Assembly: GCA_016215625.1 (NCBI GenBank)
Contig: JACRIW010000042.1
Location: 3,463 to 67,462 of the forward strand
Source of the DNA: Candidatus Eiseniibacteriota bacterium
GTDB taxonomy: Bacteria; Eisenbacteria; RBG-16-71-46
Direction: 5' to 3'
DNA length: 64,000 nucleotides
In this document: positions 46,701 to 54,462 of the stretch, piece after piece
Position numbering within the stretch: the first letter of the stretch is position 1
Layout of the letters: each line of letters opens with the position of its first letter
Notes under the pieces: model-generated
What the model saw: the letters and a program-made list of their open reading frames with translations, nothing else
The model's database searches: none
Told to the model about the DNA's origin: nothing
Position numbers and translations under genes: made by a program

Positions 46701-47614
46701 TGAGCGGGCTCGCCACCTCGTGGAACCCGGGCGCGAACGGCAGCGTGTACGCGCTCGCTTCGCAGAGCGGAAAGCTCTACGTGGGCGGAGACTTCACGGG
46801 GTTCACGGGCGGGGGCGGAGGAGGAGGCGGTGGCGGTGGCGGCAACACTCGCCGCGGCCTCGCGGAGTTCGACTTCGCGAGCAGCACGCCGACTTCGTGG
46901 GACCCCAAGCCGCGCGCCATCGTGCGCGCGATCGTGCCCGCTGGGCAGATCCTCTACGTGGGCGGCGATTTCACGAACGTGGGCGGATTCAACCGTGGGC
47001 ACCTCGCGGCGCTCGACCTTCCCTCGGGCGTTGCGACCAGCTGGGACCCGAACGTGGATGGTCCCGTGTACGCGATCGCACTGGACGGTACGTGTGCGCG
47101 CATCGGCGGTCAGTTCACGACGGTCGGCACGTTGCCGCGCCAGAACCTGGCCGGCGTGGACCTCGCCACCGGCCTTGCGAACGGCTGGGTGCCGAACGCC
47201 GACCAGCTCGTGCGTTCGCTGGTGGTGTCCGGCTCGCGCGTGTACGCAGCCGGCGATTTCGGCGTGACCGCGGCGACGCCGCGCGGCGGCCTGGCGTGCC
47301 TGATCCCCGAGACCTTCGCGGGCACCGAAGCGGACGCGCCACCCACGCGCGTCGCGTTCACGAGCGTGGCGCCGAGCCCGACGAGCGGACCGCTGCGCTT
47401 TGCGTTCGAGCTGCCGCGCGAGCAGCGCGTGACGCTGGCGTTGTACGACGTGCTCGGCCGCGCCGTCGCGCACGTGCTCGACGAGACGCGCGCCGCCGGC
47501 CGTCACACGATTTCGTGGGACGCGCGCCGTGAGGGCGTGCCGCCCGGGCTTTACCTTGCGCGCTTCGAAGCAGGGGGAGTGCGGGAGAGCCGCAGGGTAC
47601 TCGTCGTGCGCTAG
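43790..47614 (+). CDS. Giant secreted multi-blade beta-propeller repeat protein (delta-60/DUF5122-like ~48-aa repeats) with internal Calx-beta domain and FlgD-Ig/T9SS-like CTD
   Basis: ATG at 43790 (or 43814). Signal peptide MTAARFGRALALTIVTAGALFAPVAARA. There are about 14 repeats of the type GNTLYLGGTFxSVGGQSRSYVAAVDATTGxLxxWNP. A Calx-beta-like block follows (VSLSDASIEEGDSGTRQLTFT...ATAGTDYVPL...DRLPEASERFDVTLS...GTITDDD), then about 7 more repeats and the CTD. Confidence 0.9.
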   Translation: MPTVPRFRMTAARFGRALALTIVTAGALFAPVAARAQVILDQFPSSDGTVLAFAEIGNTLYLGGNFGRIGPATGGGAPVSATTGDGVGSALVVDGSVYASVSDGAGGWFIGGTFTSVGGQTRSNVARILSDGSLSSWNPGASSTVKALALVGNTLYLGGTFLSVGGQSRSYVAAVDATTGTLTTWNPSCNGEVRAIAADAKAVYVGGTFTTVDSQSRSRFAAVDAVTGRVKSWAAQVTGSSVDAIVTNGATVHLGGDFTSVAFVGRSYLAAVDSATGTLQSWNPNANSVVRCLARSGSHIYVGGLFTQIGGVTRPRLADIDATTGLVSGWAPISYSTVMSLAVSGNTVFASSLSTPAPGGYAIPARAIDATSGANLAWDPGPNGSLYTVSVSGSNVYIGGTITFAGGVSRPYLAAFNVTTGALLPWSPNPNGSVWALTTSGTTLYVGGQFTSMAGQARRDLAAFDGASGALTAFNPGYVNGAVLSLQLSGSTLFAGGSFDTVGSVRRSGVASLNATTGAVSAWAPNADNSVRDLELSGSLVYLCGRFTTVGGQPRNFLAAVDATTGAVSAFNPNPNYAPSEIAVTPTSVYVCGDFNTIGGAARNYLAAVDPVTGAAQSWPVTASTSVYAMATGPGRVYLGGYFQTLNGIPRAWAGAAEQTTGAVVDYRPAPNDVVDAITVIGERVYLGGRFTRINSAPRSGFAVTRLPRVSLSDASIEEGDSGTRQLTFTASLDQLPLGGVTMKLTTSDVDATAGTDYVPLTNQSFTITTGLLSRTFTVNVNGDRLPEASERFDVTLSSPQGAFVADGVGTGTITDDDAHMLVCADLFETDGDVLATAVMNGVLYLGGNFSRVGPPPYALATSQPRVRLAAIDLTTGALLPWNPGADGDVTVLEAGSGVLYAAGFFQQLGGVTRSRLGAINPVTGAVTSWNPAPQATVRALEAVGSTVYAGGDFTSIGGAARNALAALDAVSGLATSWNPGANGSVYALASQSGKLYVGGDFTGFTGGGGGGGGGGGGNTRRGLAEFDFASSTPTSWDPKPRAIVRAIVPAGQILYVGGDFTNVGGFNRGHLAALDLPSGVATSWDPNVDGPVYAIALDGTCARIGGQFTTVGTLPRQNLAGVDLATGLANGWVPNADQLVRSLVVSGSRVYAAGDFGVTAATPRGGLACLIPETFAGTEADAPPTRVAFTSVAPSPTSGPLRFAFELPREQRVTLALYDVLGRAVAHVLDETRAAGRHTISWDARREGVPPGLYLARFEAGGVRESRRVLVVR
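46808..46843 (+). repeat. In-frame run of 12 consecutive glycine codons (GGN)12
   Basis: ggc ggg ggc gga gga gga ggc ggt ggc ggt ggc ggc, read in the frame of the 43790 CDS. It replaces the usual SVGGQxR loop of one blade. Confidence 0.9.
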
Positions 47615-47658
47615 ACTGCCGCGGCGCAGCGAACGACGAGCCGAAAGGAGCGTGCGCC

Positions 47659-47943
47659 ATGTGCAGGAACATCCGGACGCTTCACAACTTCGCGCCACCC
47701 GCGACCGACGACGAGGTGCGCGCCGCCGCGCTGCAGTACGTACGCAAGGTGAGCGGAACCACGAAGCCGTCGCGCGCGAACGAAGCGGTGTTCGCGCAGG
47801 CCGTGGACGAAGTCACGCGCGTGACGCGCGAGCTGCTCGACGCGCTGGTGACCGTGGCGCCGCCCAAGGACCGCGAGATCGAGGCGGCGCGGGCGCGGGA
47901 GCGGAGCGCGAAGCGGTTCGGGACGGCGGGCGGGGGCGAGTAG
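47659..47943 (+). CDS. DUF2277 family protein
   Basis: The N-terminus MCRNIRTLHNFAPPATDDEVRAAALQYVRKVSG matches my memory of the DUF2277 signature. AGGAG SD. Confidence 0.82.
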   Translation: MCRNIRTLHNFAPPATDDEVRAAALQYVRKVSGTTKPSRANEAVFAQAVDEVTRVTRELLDALVTVAPPKDREIEAARARERSAKRFGTAGGGE

Positions 47944-47965
47944 GCGTTCGGGCGGGGAGAGTGGC

Positions 47966-48808
47966 GTGAGGACGGTACGCATCGTCTCGTGGAACATCGC
48001 GCAGCGCGACGAGTGCTGGCGGCAGCTGGCCGCCGACTCGAGTGTGGACGTCGCGCTGCTGCAGGAAGCGAAGGCGCCACCCGCAGACGTGTCGCTCGAA
48101 GTGTTCGGCGCCGAGGACGGCTGGGTGACCGCCGGCTGGGAGCGCCGCGCGTTTCGGACCGCCGTCGTGCGGTGTTCCGATCGGGTACGAGTGGAGAGCG
48201 AACTCGTCGCGCGACCAGTTGGAGTCGCGGGCCGCAACGAGCTCGCGGTGAGCCGCGCGGGGACGATCGCGCTGGCAAGAGTGACGCCCTCGGAGGGCGA
48301 GCCGTTCACGGTCGCGTCGGTGTACGCCGCGTGGGAGCGGCCAGTACCGCTGACGGATGGCAGCTGGATTTACGCCGACGCGTCGGCGCACCGGCTCGTG
48401 TCGGACCTTTCGGCACTGGTGTCGTCGCAGCGCGGGCACCGGATACTGGTGTCGGGCGACTGGAACATCCTGCACGGCTACGGCGAACACGGCAGCCCGT
48501 ACTGGGCCGCGCGCTACCAGAGCGTGTTCGACAGGCTCGAGGCGATTGGCCTGCGGTTCATCGGTCCGCAGCAGCCGTACGGGCTCGCGGCGCTGCCGAG
48601 GCCTGCCGAGCTACCGCCGGGGAGCCGCGACGTGCCGACGTTCCGGACGGTCGAGAGCGATCCTGCGAGCGCGCAGCGGCAACTCGACTTCGTGTTCGCG
48701 TCCGACGATCTGGCCAAGCAGGTCACTCGAGTGGCGGCAATGAATGGGGAGCAGGAGTGGGGGGCGTCGGATCATTGCAGGGTGTGGGTCGAGGTCGGCG
48801 AAAACTGA
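47966..48808 (+). CDS. Cytoplasmic endonuclease/exonuclease/phosphatase (EEP) family protein
   Basis: GTG start 22 nt after DUF2277. Motifs VRIVSWNI, VALLQEA, SGDWNILHG, ASDHCRVWVEV. No signal peptide. Confidence 0.85.
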   Translation: MRTVRIVSWNIAQRDECWRQLAADSSVDVALLQEAKAPPADVSLEVFGAEDGWVTAGWERRAFRTAVVRCSDRVRVESELVARPVGVAGRNELAVSRAGTIALARVTPSEGEPFTVASVYAAWERPVPLTDGSWIYADASAHRLVSDLSALVSSQRGHRILVSGDWNILHGYGEHGSPYWAARYQSVFDRLEAIGLRFIGPQQPYGLAALPRPAELPPGSRDVPTFRTVESDPASAQRQLDFVFASDDLAKQVTRVAAMNGEQEWGASDHCRVWVEVGEN

Positions 48809-48936
48809 GTTCGTGGCGTCCTCGCTCCATTGGCCCCGTCCTCCGCATGCACTAACCTGCCGCCGCCCGCGCCACATTCCGGGCGCCGCACTCCCGATCC
48901 CGCACATCGTTCTCGCTTCACCCATCCGGAGCGACC

Positions 48937-51900
48937 ATGTCCGACGAGCCGCGCGTGCCCAGTAGCGAAGACGACGAGACACGCGCCCTGCATGCCGCGC
49001 ACGACGCAGAACCCGCTCCCGAAATGGCCGGCATGCCGGCCGAGGTCGACGGCTATCGGGTGCTCGGTGTGCTGGGGCAGGGCGGCATGGGCATCGTCTA
49101 CCTGGCCGAACAGAAGGAGCCGCGCCGTCGCGTCGCGCTCAAGGTCATCCGCGGCAGCGCGCACACGGACTCCCTCCACGTGCGGCTCTTCCGGCGCGAA
49201 GCCGAAACGCTCGGCCGCCTGCGCCACCCGAACATCGGCGCCATCTACGGCGCGGGTCGCCTGCCCGACGGCCGGCCGTACTTCGCCATGGAGCTGGTCG
49301 AAGGCCCCACGCTCAGCGCCTACCTGGCGTCGCGCCCGTCGCCCGCGAACCGCGCCGAGCTGCTGCACCAGCTCGCGCTCGCCGGGCGCATCGCCGAGGC
49401 CGTGAACTACGCGCACCAGCGCGGCGTCATTCACCGCGACCTCAAGCCGTCGAACATCGTGGTGCCCGAAGCGACGGGCGGTAGTTCCGCCAGCTTCAGC
49501 AGCAGTGGTCTTCCCGACGTGAAGGTGCTCGACTTCGGTCTCGCCCGGATCACCGACGACGAGTCGCAGGTCAGCATGATGAGCGACGTGGGGGAGATCC
49601 GCGGCACGCTGCCCTACATGAGCCCCGAGCAGGTGCGCGGCGAAACGCAGACGCTCGACGTGCGTTCCGACGTCTACACGCTCGGCGTCATCCTCTCCGA
49701 GATGATCGCGGGCGAACGCCCCTACGAAGTGGGCAGCGCTTCGCTGCTCCACGCGATGAAGATCATCTGCGAGCAGGAGCCCAAGCCGCTCCGCGATACG
49801 CCCAGCGGCATCGCGCACGTGGACGGCGACCTGCAGGCCATCGTGCTCAAGGCGCTCGCCAAGGAGCCCGAGCGGCGCTACTCGAGTGCCGCGGCGCTGG
49901 CCGAGGACCTCGAGCGCTTCCGCCACTCGCAGCCCGTGCTCGCGCGCACTCCGAGCACGGCGTACCAGCTGCGCAAGCTGGTCGCGCGCCACAAGCCGAT
50001 CGTGGCGGCCGCGGGGCTCGCGCTCCTGGCGATCGTGGTCTCGGCGATCGTGAGCACGGCGATGTTCGTGCGCGCGCGCAGCGAGGCGGCCAAGGCGAGG
50101 CAGGTCTCCGCGTTCCTCGGCGAGATGCTCGAGGGCGCGGGGCCTTCGGTGGCGCGTGGGCGGGACACGGCACTGTTGCGCGAGATTCTCGATCGCACGG
50201 CCGAACGCGTGCGCACGGAGCTCAAGGGCCAGCCCGAAGTCGCCGCCGGCATCGAGCATGTGCTGGGGCAGACGTACCTGCAGATCGGTGACCTGATCGC
50301 GGCCGAAGAGCACGCGCGCGCCGCCTACGAAACGCGCCGGAAACTGCACAGGGGCCGGCATCCCGACGTGGCGGCCGACCTGTCGCTGCTGGCCGATACG
50401 CAATGGCAGCGGGACCGGCTGCCGGAAGCGGATTCGCTCGCTCGCATGGCGCTCGAGATGTGGCGCGGGCTGGAGAAGGGCCCGCACGAGGGGACCGCGA
50501 ATGCCCTGACGACGCTCGGCGGCATCCAGCTCGACGCGTCGCGGTTCGAGAGCGCCGAGCCGTTGCTGCGGGACGGCCTCGCCATGAGCCAGCAGCTGCA
50601 CCCCAACGGCGACCGCACGGTGGCGGTGGCGCTCAACTCGCTCGGCAACCTGATGCACTACACCGGGCGGTTCGACCAGGCCGACTCGCTGCAGCGGCTC
50701 GCGCTCGCGATGCACCGCCGGATGGGCGGCGACCTGAATCCGGATGTCGCAGCGGACCTGTTCAACATGTCGCAGGTCGAGATCGATCGCGGGCGGTTCG
50801 CGGCGGCCGAGTCGTTGGCGCGCGAGGGCCTCTCCGTCTGCGATCGCATCTACACCGAACCGCACCCGAGCCACGCCGCCGGGTTCCTCGTGCTGGCCGG
50901 GGTGTACTTGCGCACGGGGCAGTTCGGGCGCGCGGACTCGCTCGCCCGGCGGTCGCTGGAGCTCGCGAGGAGCGTGCGCGGCGGCGGAGAGGATGCCGTC
51001 GGCCAGGCGCTCTCGGCCCTTGGTGTGTTCTCTGCCAACGCAGGCCACGCCGAGGAGGCGCTGGACTACCATCGGCAGGCGCTCGCCGTGTTCCAGGGCA
51101 GCGGAGTACCCAAGCGGTCGCGCCTCGGCACGGCGCTGGACAACGTGGCGAGTGCGCTCGCCGGGCTCGGCCGGTTCGACGAGGCCGACTCGCTGTACCG
51201 TCTGGCGATCCCGCTCAAACTCGAAGCCTATGGCCCGCAGAATCCGGCGACTCTGTTGACCATGAACAACTACGCCCGCATGAAGATCTTCGTGGGCGAT
51301 GTGGCCGGGGCCGAGGCGCTATATCGCGACGTGCTGGCGGGGCGGCGGGCCGCGTTGGGAGACAGCAGCGACCAGGTGGCCGTGACACTGAGCGACATGG
51401 GACGCTGCGCCATCGCTCGTGGGCGTAGTGCCAGGGCCGAAAGCCTGCTCACGGAGTCCACGGCGATCGTGGAAGCCCGGTTGGGCACCGATGCGATGAA
51501 CACCAACTTCGTGCGATCGAGCCTGGCGCGCGTGCATCGTGATCTGGGCAAGCACGCGGAGTCCGTGCGCGAGTTTCGAGAGGCGCGCGCTTACCTGGGC
51601 AAGATCATGGGCGAGGAGGGGCCCAACCTCGCGTGGCTGGACAGCGAACTGGGCGCGTCACTCGACGCTGCGGGCGAATCGCGTGCGGCCGACTCGGTCT
51701 TCGCCTCGCTTGCCAAGATACCCGCCGCGATGCTGTCACCTGCCGATCTGCTGCGCGTCCGGTTCTACTACGGGTCGTATCTGGCCAAGCGCGGGCGCTT
51801 TGCGGAAGCCGAGAAGAACCTGCTGCTCGCCGAGCAGGCGTTGCGCGATCCCCGCGAGCTCAACGTGCGCCGGCGGTTGGACCTGCTGAACACGCTGGTC

Positions 51901-52050
51901 GAGATGGAACGCACGTGGAGCACGCGTTCGCCATCCCCCGCGCGCACCGCAGCGCTGCAGCGCTGGACGGCCGTGCGCGATGCCGAGGCGCCGGAACTGA
52001 AGCAGGCGATCGAAGAGGGAAGGGCGCCGCGGCTGGGTGGGGCGAAGTAG
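48937..52050 (+). CDS. Ser/Thr kinase - TM - tetratricopeptide (TPR_10/12-like) repeat protein (K6)
   Basis: Kinase: GQGGMGIVYLAEQ, VALKVI, HRDLKPSNI, DFGLARI. TM segment PIVAAAGLALLAIVVSAIVSTAMFV. About 650 aa follow with repeated LxxLGxxxxxxGRFxEAExLxxxAL units. Confidence 0.92.
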   Translation: MSDEPRVPSSEDDETRALHAAHDAEPAPEMAGMPAEVDGYRVLGVLGQGGMGIVYLAEQKEPRRRVALKVIRGSAHTDSLHVRLFRREAETLGRLRHPNIGAIYGAGRLPDGRPYFAMELVEGPTLSAYLASRPSPANRAELLHQLALAGRIAEAVNYAHQRGVIHRDLKPSNIVVPEATGGSSASFSSSGLPDVKVLDFGLARITDDESQVSMMSDVGEIRGTLPYMSPEQVRGETQTLDVRSDVYTLGVILSEMIAGERPYEVGSASLLHAMKIICEQEPKPLRDTPSGIAHVDGDLQAIVLKALAKEPERRYSSAAALAEDLERFRHSQPVLARTPSTAYQLRKLVARHKPIVAAAGLALLAIVVSAIVSTAMFVRARSEAAKARQVSAFLGEMLEGAGPSVARGRDTALLREILDRTAERVRTELKGQPEVAAGIEHVLGQTYLQIGDLIAAEEHARAAYETRRKLHRGRHPDVAADLSLLADTQWQRDRLPEADSLARMALEMWRGLEKGPHEGTANALTTLGGIQLDASRFESAEPLLRDGLAMSQQLHPNGDRTVAVALNSLGNLMHYTGRFDQADSLQRLALAMHRRMGGDLNPDVAADLFNMSQVEIDRGRFAAAESLAREGLSVCDRIYTEPHPSHAAGFLVLAGVYLRTGQFGRADSLARRSLELARSVRGGGEDAVGQALSALGVFSANAGHAEEALDYHRQALAVFQGSGVPKRSRLGTALDNVASALAGLGRFDEADSLYRLAIPLKLEAYGPQNPATLLTMNNYARMKIFVGDVAGAEALYRDVLAGRRAALGDSSDQVAVTLSDMGRCAIARGRSARAESLLTESTAIVEARLGTDAMNTNFVRSSLARVHRDLGKHAESVREFREARAYLGKIMGEEGPNLAWLDSELGASLDAAGESRAADSVFASLAKIPAAMLSPADLLRVRFYYGSYLAKRGRFAEAEKNLLLAEQALRDPRELNVRRRLDLLNTLVEMERTWSTRSPSPARTAALQRWTAVRDAEAPELKQAIEEGRAPRLGGAK

Positions 52051-52121
52051 CGCGCGGGGTACTGGTGGGATCTTCCGCGACCGGAGGCCTACCCTTCACG
52101 CACCCCAGCCAATTCGAGCTC

Positions 52122-52457
52122 TCAGCGCTCGCAGAACCTCTCGATGTCCTGCAAAGCGTCTTCCGCGCGACCGCCAACCTCCGGGTCGCTGAGGAGGAGT
52201 CGCAGAGCAGGCTCCACGAGTGCTCGGTCGACCTCGCCATGAATGCGAGCCAGGTGTCCCAGGCAGGTCGCGGCCAGACCACGCACCGCCGGTGCCGAGT
52301 GCACAAGCAACCGCAGGCACTCGCCCTGGACCCAGCGCCAGTCGGGCTCGTGGAAGGCGACGCCGACCAGCGCATGGCACATGGCATCGACATCGTCCCC
52401 ATGGAGGATCGCGGTCGCTGACTCCCGTGAGAAAGGCGTCGGTTCTTGATACTTCAC
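52122..52457 (-). CDS. Small hypothetical protein with HEAT-like helical repeats
   Basis: GTG at 52457 lies 9 nt after GAGGAGG. HSAPAVRGLAATCLGHLARI and LLLSDPEVGGRAEDALQDI resemble HEAT/PBS-lyase repeats. The track ORF extends to 52529. Confidence 0.55.
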   Translation of the reverse strand: MKYQEPTPFSRESATAILHGDDVDAMCHALVGVAFHEPDWRWVQGECLRLLVHSAPAVRGLAATCLGHLARIHGEVDRALVEPALRLLLSDPEVGGRAEDALQDIERFCER

Positions 52458-52644
52458 GGTGGGTGGCCTCCTCGGGCGCGCGTCGTGCCGAAGTCGAGAT
52501 GTGCCGAGCCTAATCGCCCGGCACACCATGGTCCATCGCCACTTCTAAACGAGATCTTCGAGATCGACCATGCCCGCTCGAGATGGACCTCGCCGCAGGC
52601 ACCGCCGCGCTGCCGGGGCCATCACCGAGCCCCGCCCATTCTCA

Positions 52645-53628
52645 CTATGCGCCGGTCGCTTTCCGCTCCGGCGCTTCGCGGCCGATCGCCGCCATGCCCG
52701 CCTCGGGATAGCGCGCGCCCGTGGCGCAGCCGATCGGGAACGCGGCGTCGAGCGCGGCGATGTCTGCCGCGTCGAGCTGCACGCGCGCGGCCTCGAGGTT
52801 GCGCTCGACACTCTCCGGACGACCCATGCCGACGAGCGGGATCAAGTCGTCGCCCTTGCGCATGAGCCACGCCAGCGCGACCGACGACATCGAGACGCCC
52901 TTGCGCTTCGCCATCTCTTCGAGCGGTCCCAGGCGAGCGACATTCGCCGCGAGGTTCTCGCCCTGGAAGCGCGGGACGTTGCCACGCCAGTCGCCGGCGG
53001 GCAGGTCGCCCGGGGTGCGGATCTTGCCGGTCAGCAGCCCGCGGCAGAGCGGGGAGTACGCGACGAACGTGATGCCGAGCGAGCGCGTGAGCGGGAAGAG
53101 GTCGCGCTCGGGATCACGCTGCATCAGCGAGTACTCGGTCTGCAGCGCGGCGATCGGGTGCGTGGCGTGGGCGCGGCGAATGGTCTCGGGCCCGGCCTCC
53201 GACAGACCGATCGCGCGCACTTTCCCGGCACGGACCATCTCCGCCATCGCGCCGACGGAATCCTCGATCGGCACTTCGGCGTCCACGCGATGCAAGTAGT
53301 AGACGTCCACGTAGTCGAGCCCGAGGTGCTTGAGGCTTCGGTCAATCGCCTCGTGCAGGTACGCGGGGCTGCCGCGGCGCGACTTGGTGGCGACTACCGC
53401 GCGGTCGCGCCGGTCCTTCACGGCGCGTCCCACGAGCTGCTCGCTGCGGCCGTCGCCGTAGGCCTCCGCCGTGTCGATCAGCGTGATGCCTTCGTCGATC
53501 GCGCGCTGGATGGCGCGCACGCCGGCGTCGTCGTCGCTCGCGCCGTACCAGCCCGCAAAGGCCATCGCGCCGAGCGCGATCGCGCCCACGCGGACATCTC
53601 CCTGACCGAGTCTTCGAGTCTCGAGCAT
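52645..53628 (-). CDS. Aldo/keto reductase
   Basis: Start at ATG 53628 (MLETRRLGQ...). AKR motifs IDTAEAYGDGRSEQLVG, VATK, LDYVDVYYLHRVD, IGLSEAG, LQTEYSL, AYSPLCRGLLTGK. Confidence 0.92.
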   Translation of the reverse strand: MLETRRLGQGDVRVGAIALGAMAFAGWYGASDDDAGVRAIQRAIDEGITLIDTAEAYGDGRSEQLVGRAVKDRRDRAVVATKSRRGSPAYLHEAIDRSLKHLGLDYVDVYYLHRVDAEVPIEDSVGAMAEMVRAGKVRAIGLSEAGPETIRRAHATHPIAALQTEYSLMQRDPERDLFPLTRSLGITFVAYSPLCRGLLTGKIRTPGDLPAGDWRGNVPRFQGENLAANVARLGPLEEMAKRKGVSMSSVALAWLMRKGDDLIPLVGMGRPESVERNLEAARVQLDAADIAALDAAFPIGCATGARYPEAGMAAIGREAPERKATGA

Positions 53629-53745
53629 CGTGTCTCCGAGCGTGAGAAGGGTGGAAGCGGCACGAGCAGAGTAGCGGCGGTGGGCGACGGAATCCAAGAC
53701 GCCGCTGCGATGGCCCGCCACTTCTGAAAGAGGGCCGCCGTGAAG

Positions 53746-53751
53746 TAAGCT
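53746..53751 (+). promoter_or_regulatory. Predicted -10 hexamer TAAGCT 7 nt upstream of ATG 53759 (leaderless-type)
   Basis: gaagTAAGCTcgcgcccATG, with no SD. Confidence 0.3.
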
Positions 53752-53758
53752 CGCGCCC

Positions 53759-54109
53759 ATGTCACCTATGGAACCCGTGAAGGACACCATCACGCGCGCA
53801 AGGCTTGCCGAACTCGCGGCGTCGGGCTTCGGCGACCTCATCAAGGCCGCCGTGGACTGCGAGCGTCGCGTCATGGTCGTGGGCGGGGAGCTTCATTCCG
53901 ACGAAGAGCAGTGGCTGATCGAGGACGGTTCCCGGCAGTCCGACCGCTGGGGAATCAACTTGTATCCGGTGGACGCCTCGGCGGACTGGATCGAGTTCGA
54001 CTCGATGATCAACGTGCGTCCTTCGCTGGGCAATCCCAGCCGGGGCGTCGAAGATCCGGCGATTCAGGCCCGCATCCGCGAGATCGTTTCGGAGCGCGTA
54101 CCCGAATGA
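53759..54109 (+). CDS. Small conserved hypothetical protein (DUF5674-like)
   Basis: 116 aa. GDLIKAAVDCERRVMVVGGELHSDEEQWLIEDGSRQSDRWGINLYP...IEFDSMINVRPSLGNPSRGVEDP matches my recollection of DUF5674. This is not verifiable here. Confidence 0.75.
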   Translation: MSPMEPVKDTITRARLAELAASGFGDLIKAAVDCERRVMVVGGELHSDEEQWLIEDGSRQSDRWGINLYPVDASADWIEFDSMINVRPSLGNPSRGVEDPAIQARIREIVSERVPE

Positions 54110-54432
54110 GCATCCACTCCGAGCTCGCCAGCGGCCGCTGGTACTCGATGACGCTCATGGAGCAGCTGGGGAACGCGGGGAGCGAGGTGTCGCGCGCACT
54201 CCGGGCTCGAGCGAGCGGCAATCACGCGCGCGAGCAGGCGGCGCTGGCCCGCTTCCTCGAGCTCATGGACCTCACGATCGCCGACCCGCGACTGCGCGGC
54301 CGCCGTCGCGAGCTCTGCCGAGCACGAGAAGTCGTGTGCGATTTCTTCGTAGGCGACAATGCCTATCGGTCCACGCCCGAGTCGCTGGATCGCTACTTCC
54401 TGGCGTATGCGAGGGCAGCAAGGCGCTCCTGA
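54106..54432 (+). CDS. Small hypothetical protein, translationally coupled partner of the DUF5674-like gene
   Basis: Its ATG overlaps the upstream stop (ATGA at 54106-09). 108 aa, predicted helical (MSIHSELASGRWYSMTLMEQLGNAGSEVSRAL...). High GC3. Confidence 0.68.
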   Translation: MSIHSELASGRWYSMTLMEQLGNAGSEVSRALRARASGNHAREQAALARFLELMDLTIADPRLRGRRRELCRAREVVCDFFVGDNAYRSTPESLDRYFLAYARAARRS

Positions 54433-54462
54433 GGGAGCAGAAAGACGGGGACCGCCGCTCCG

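Noticed and set aside
46800-46850. The G-rich simple repeat as a possible CRISPR-like or non-coding repeat.
   Set aside because: It is in frame inside a long CDS and encodes Gly12. No spacer-repeat periodicity appears anywhere in the window.
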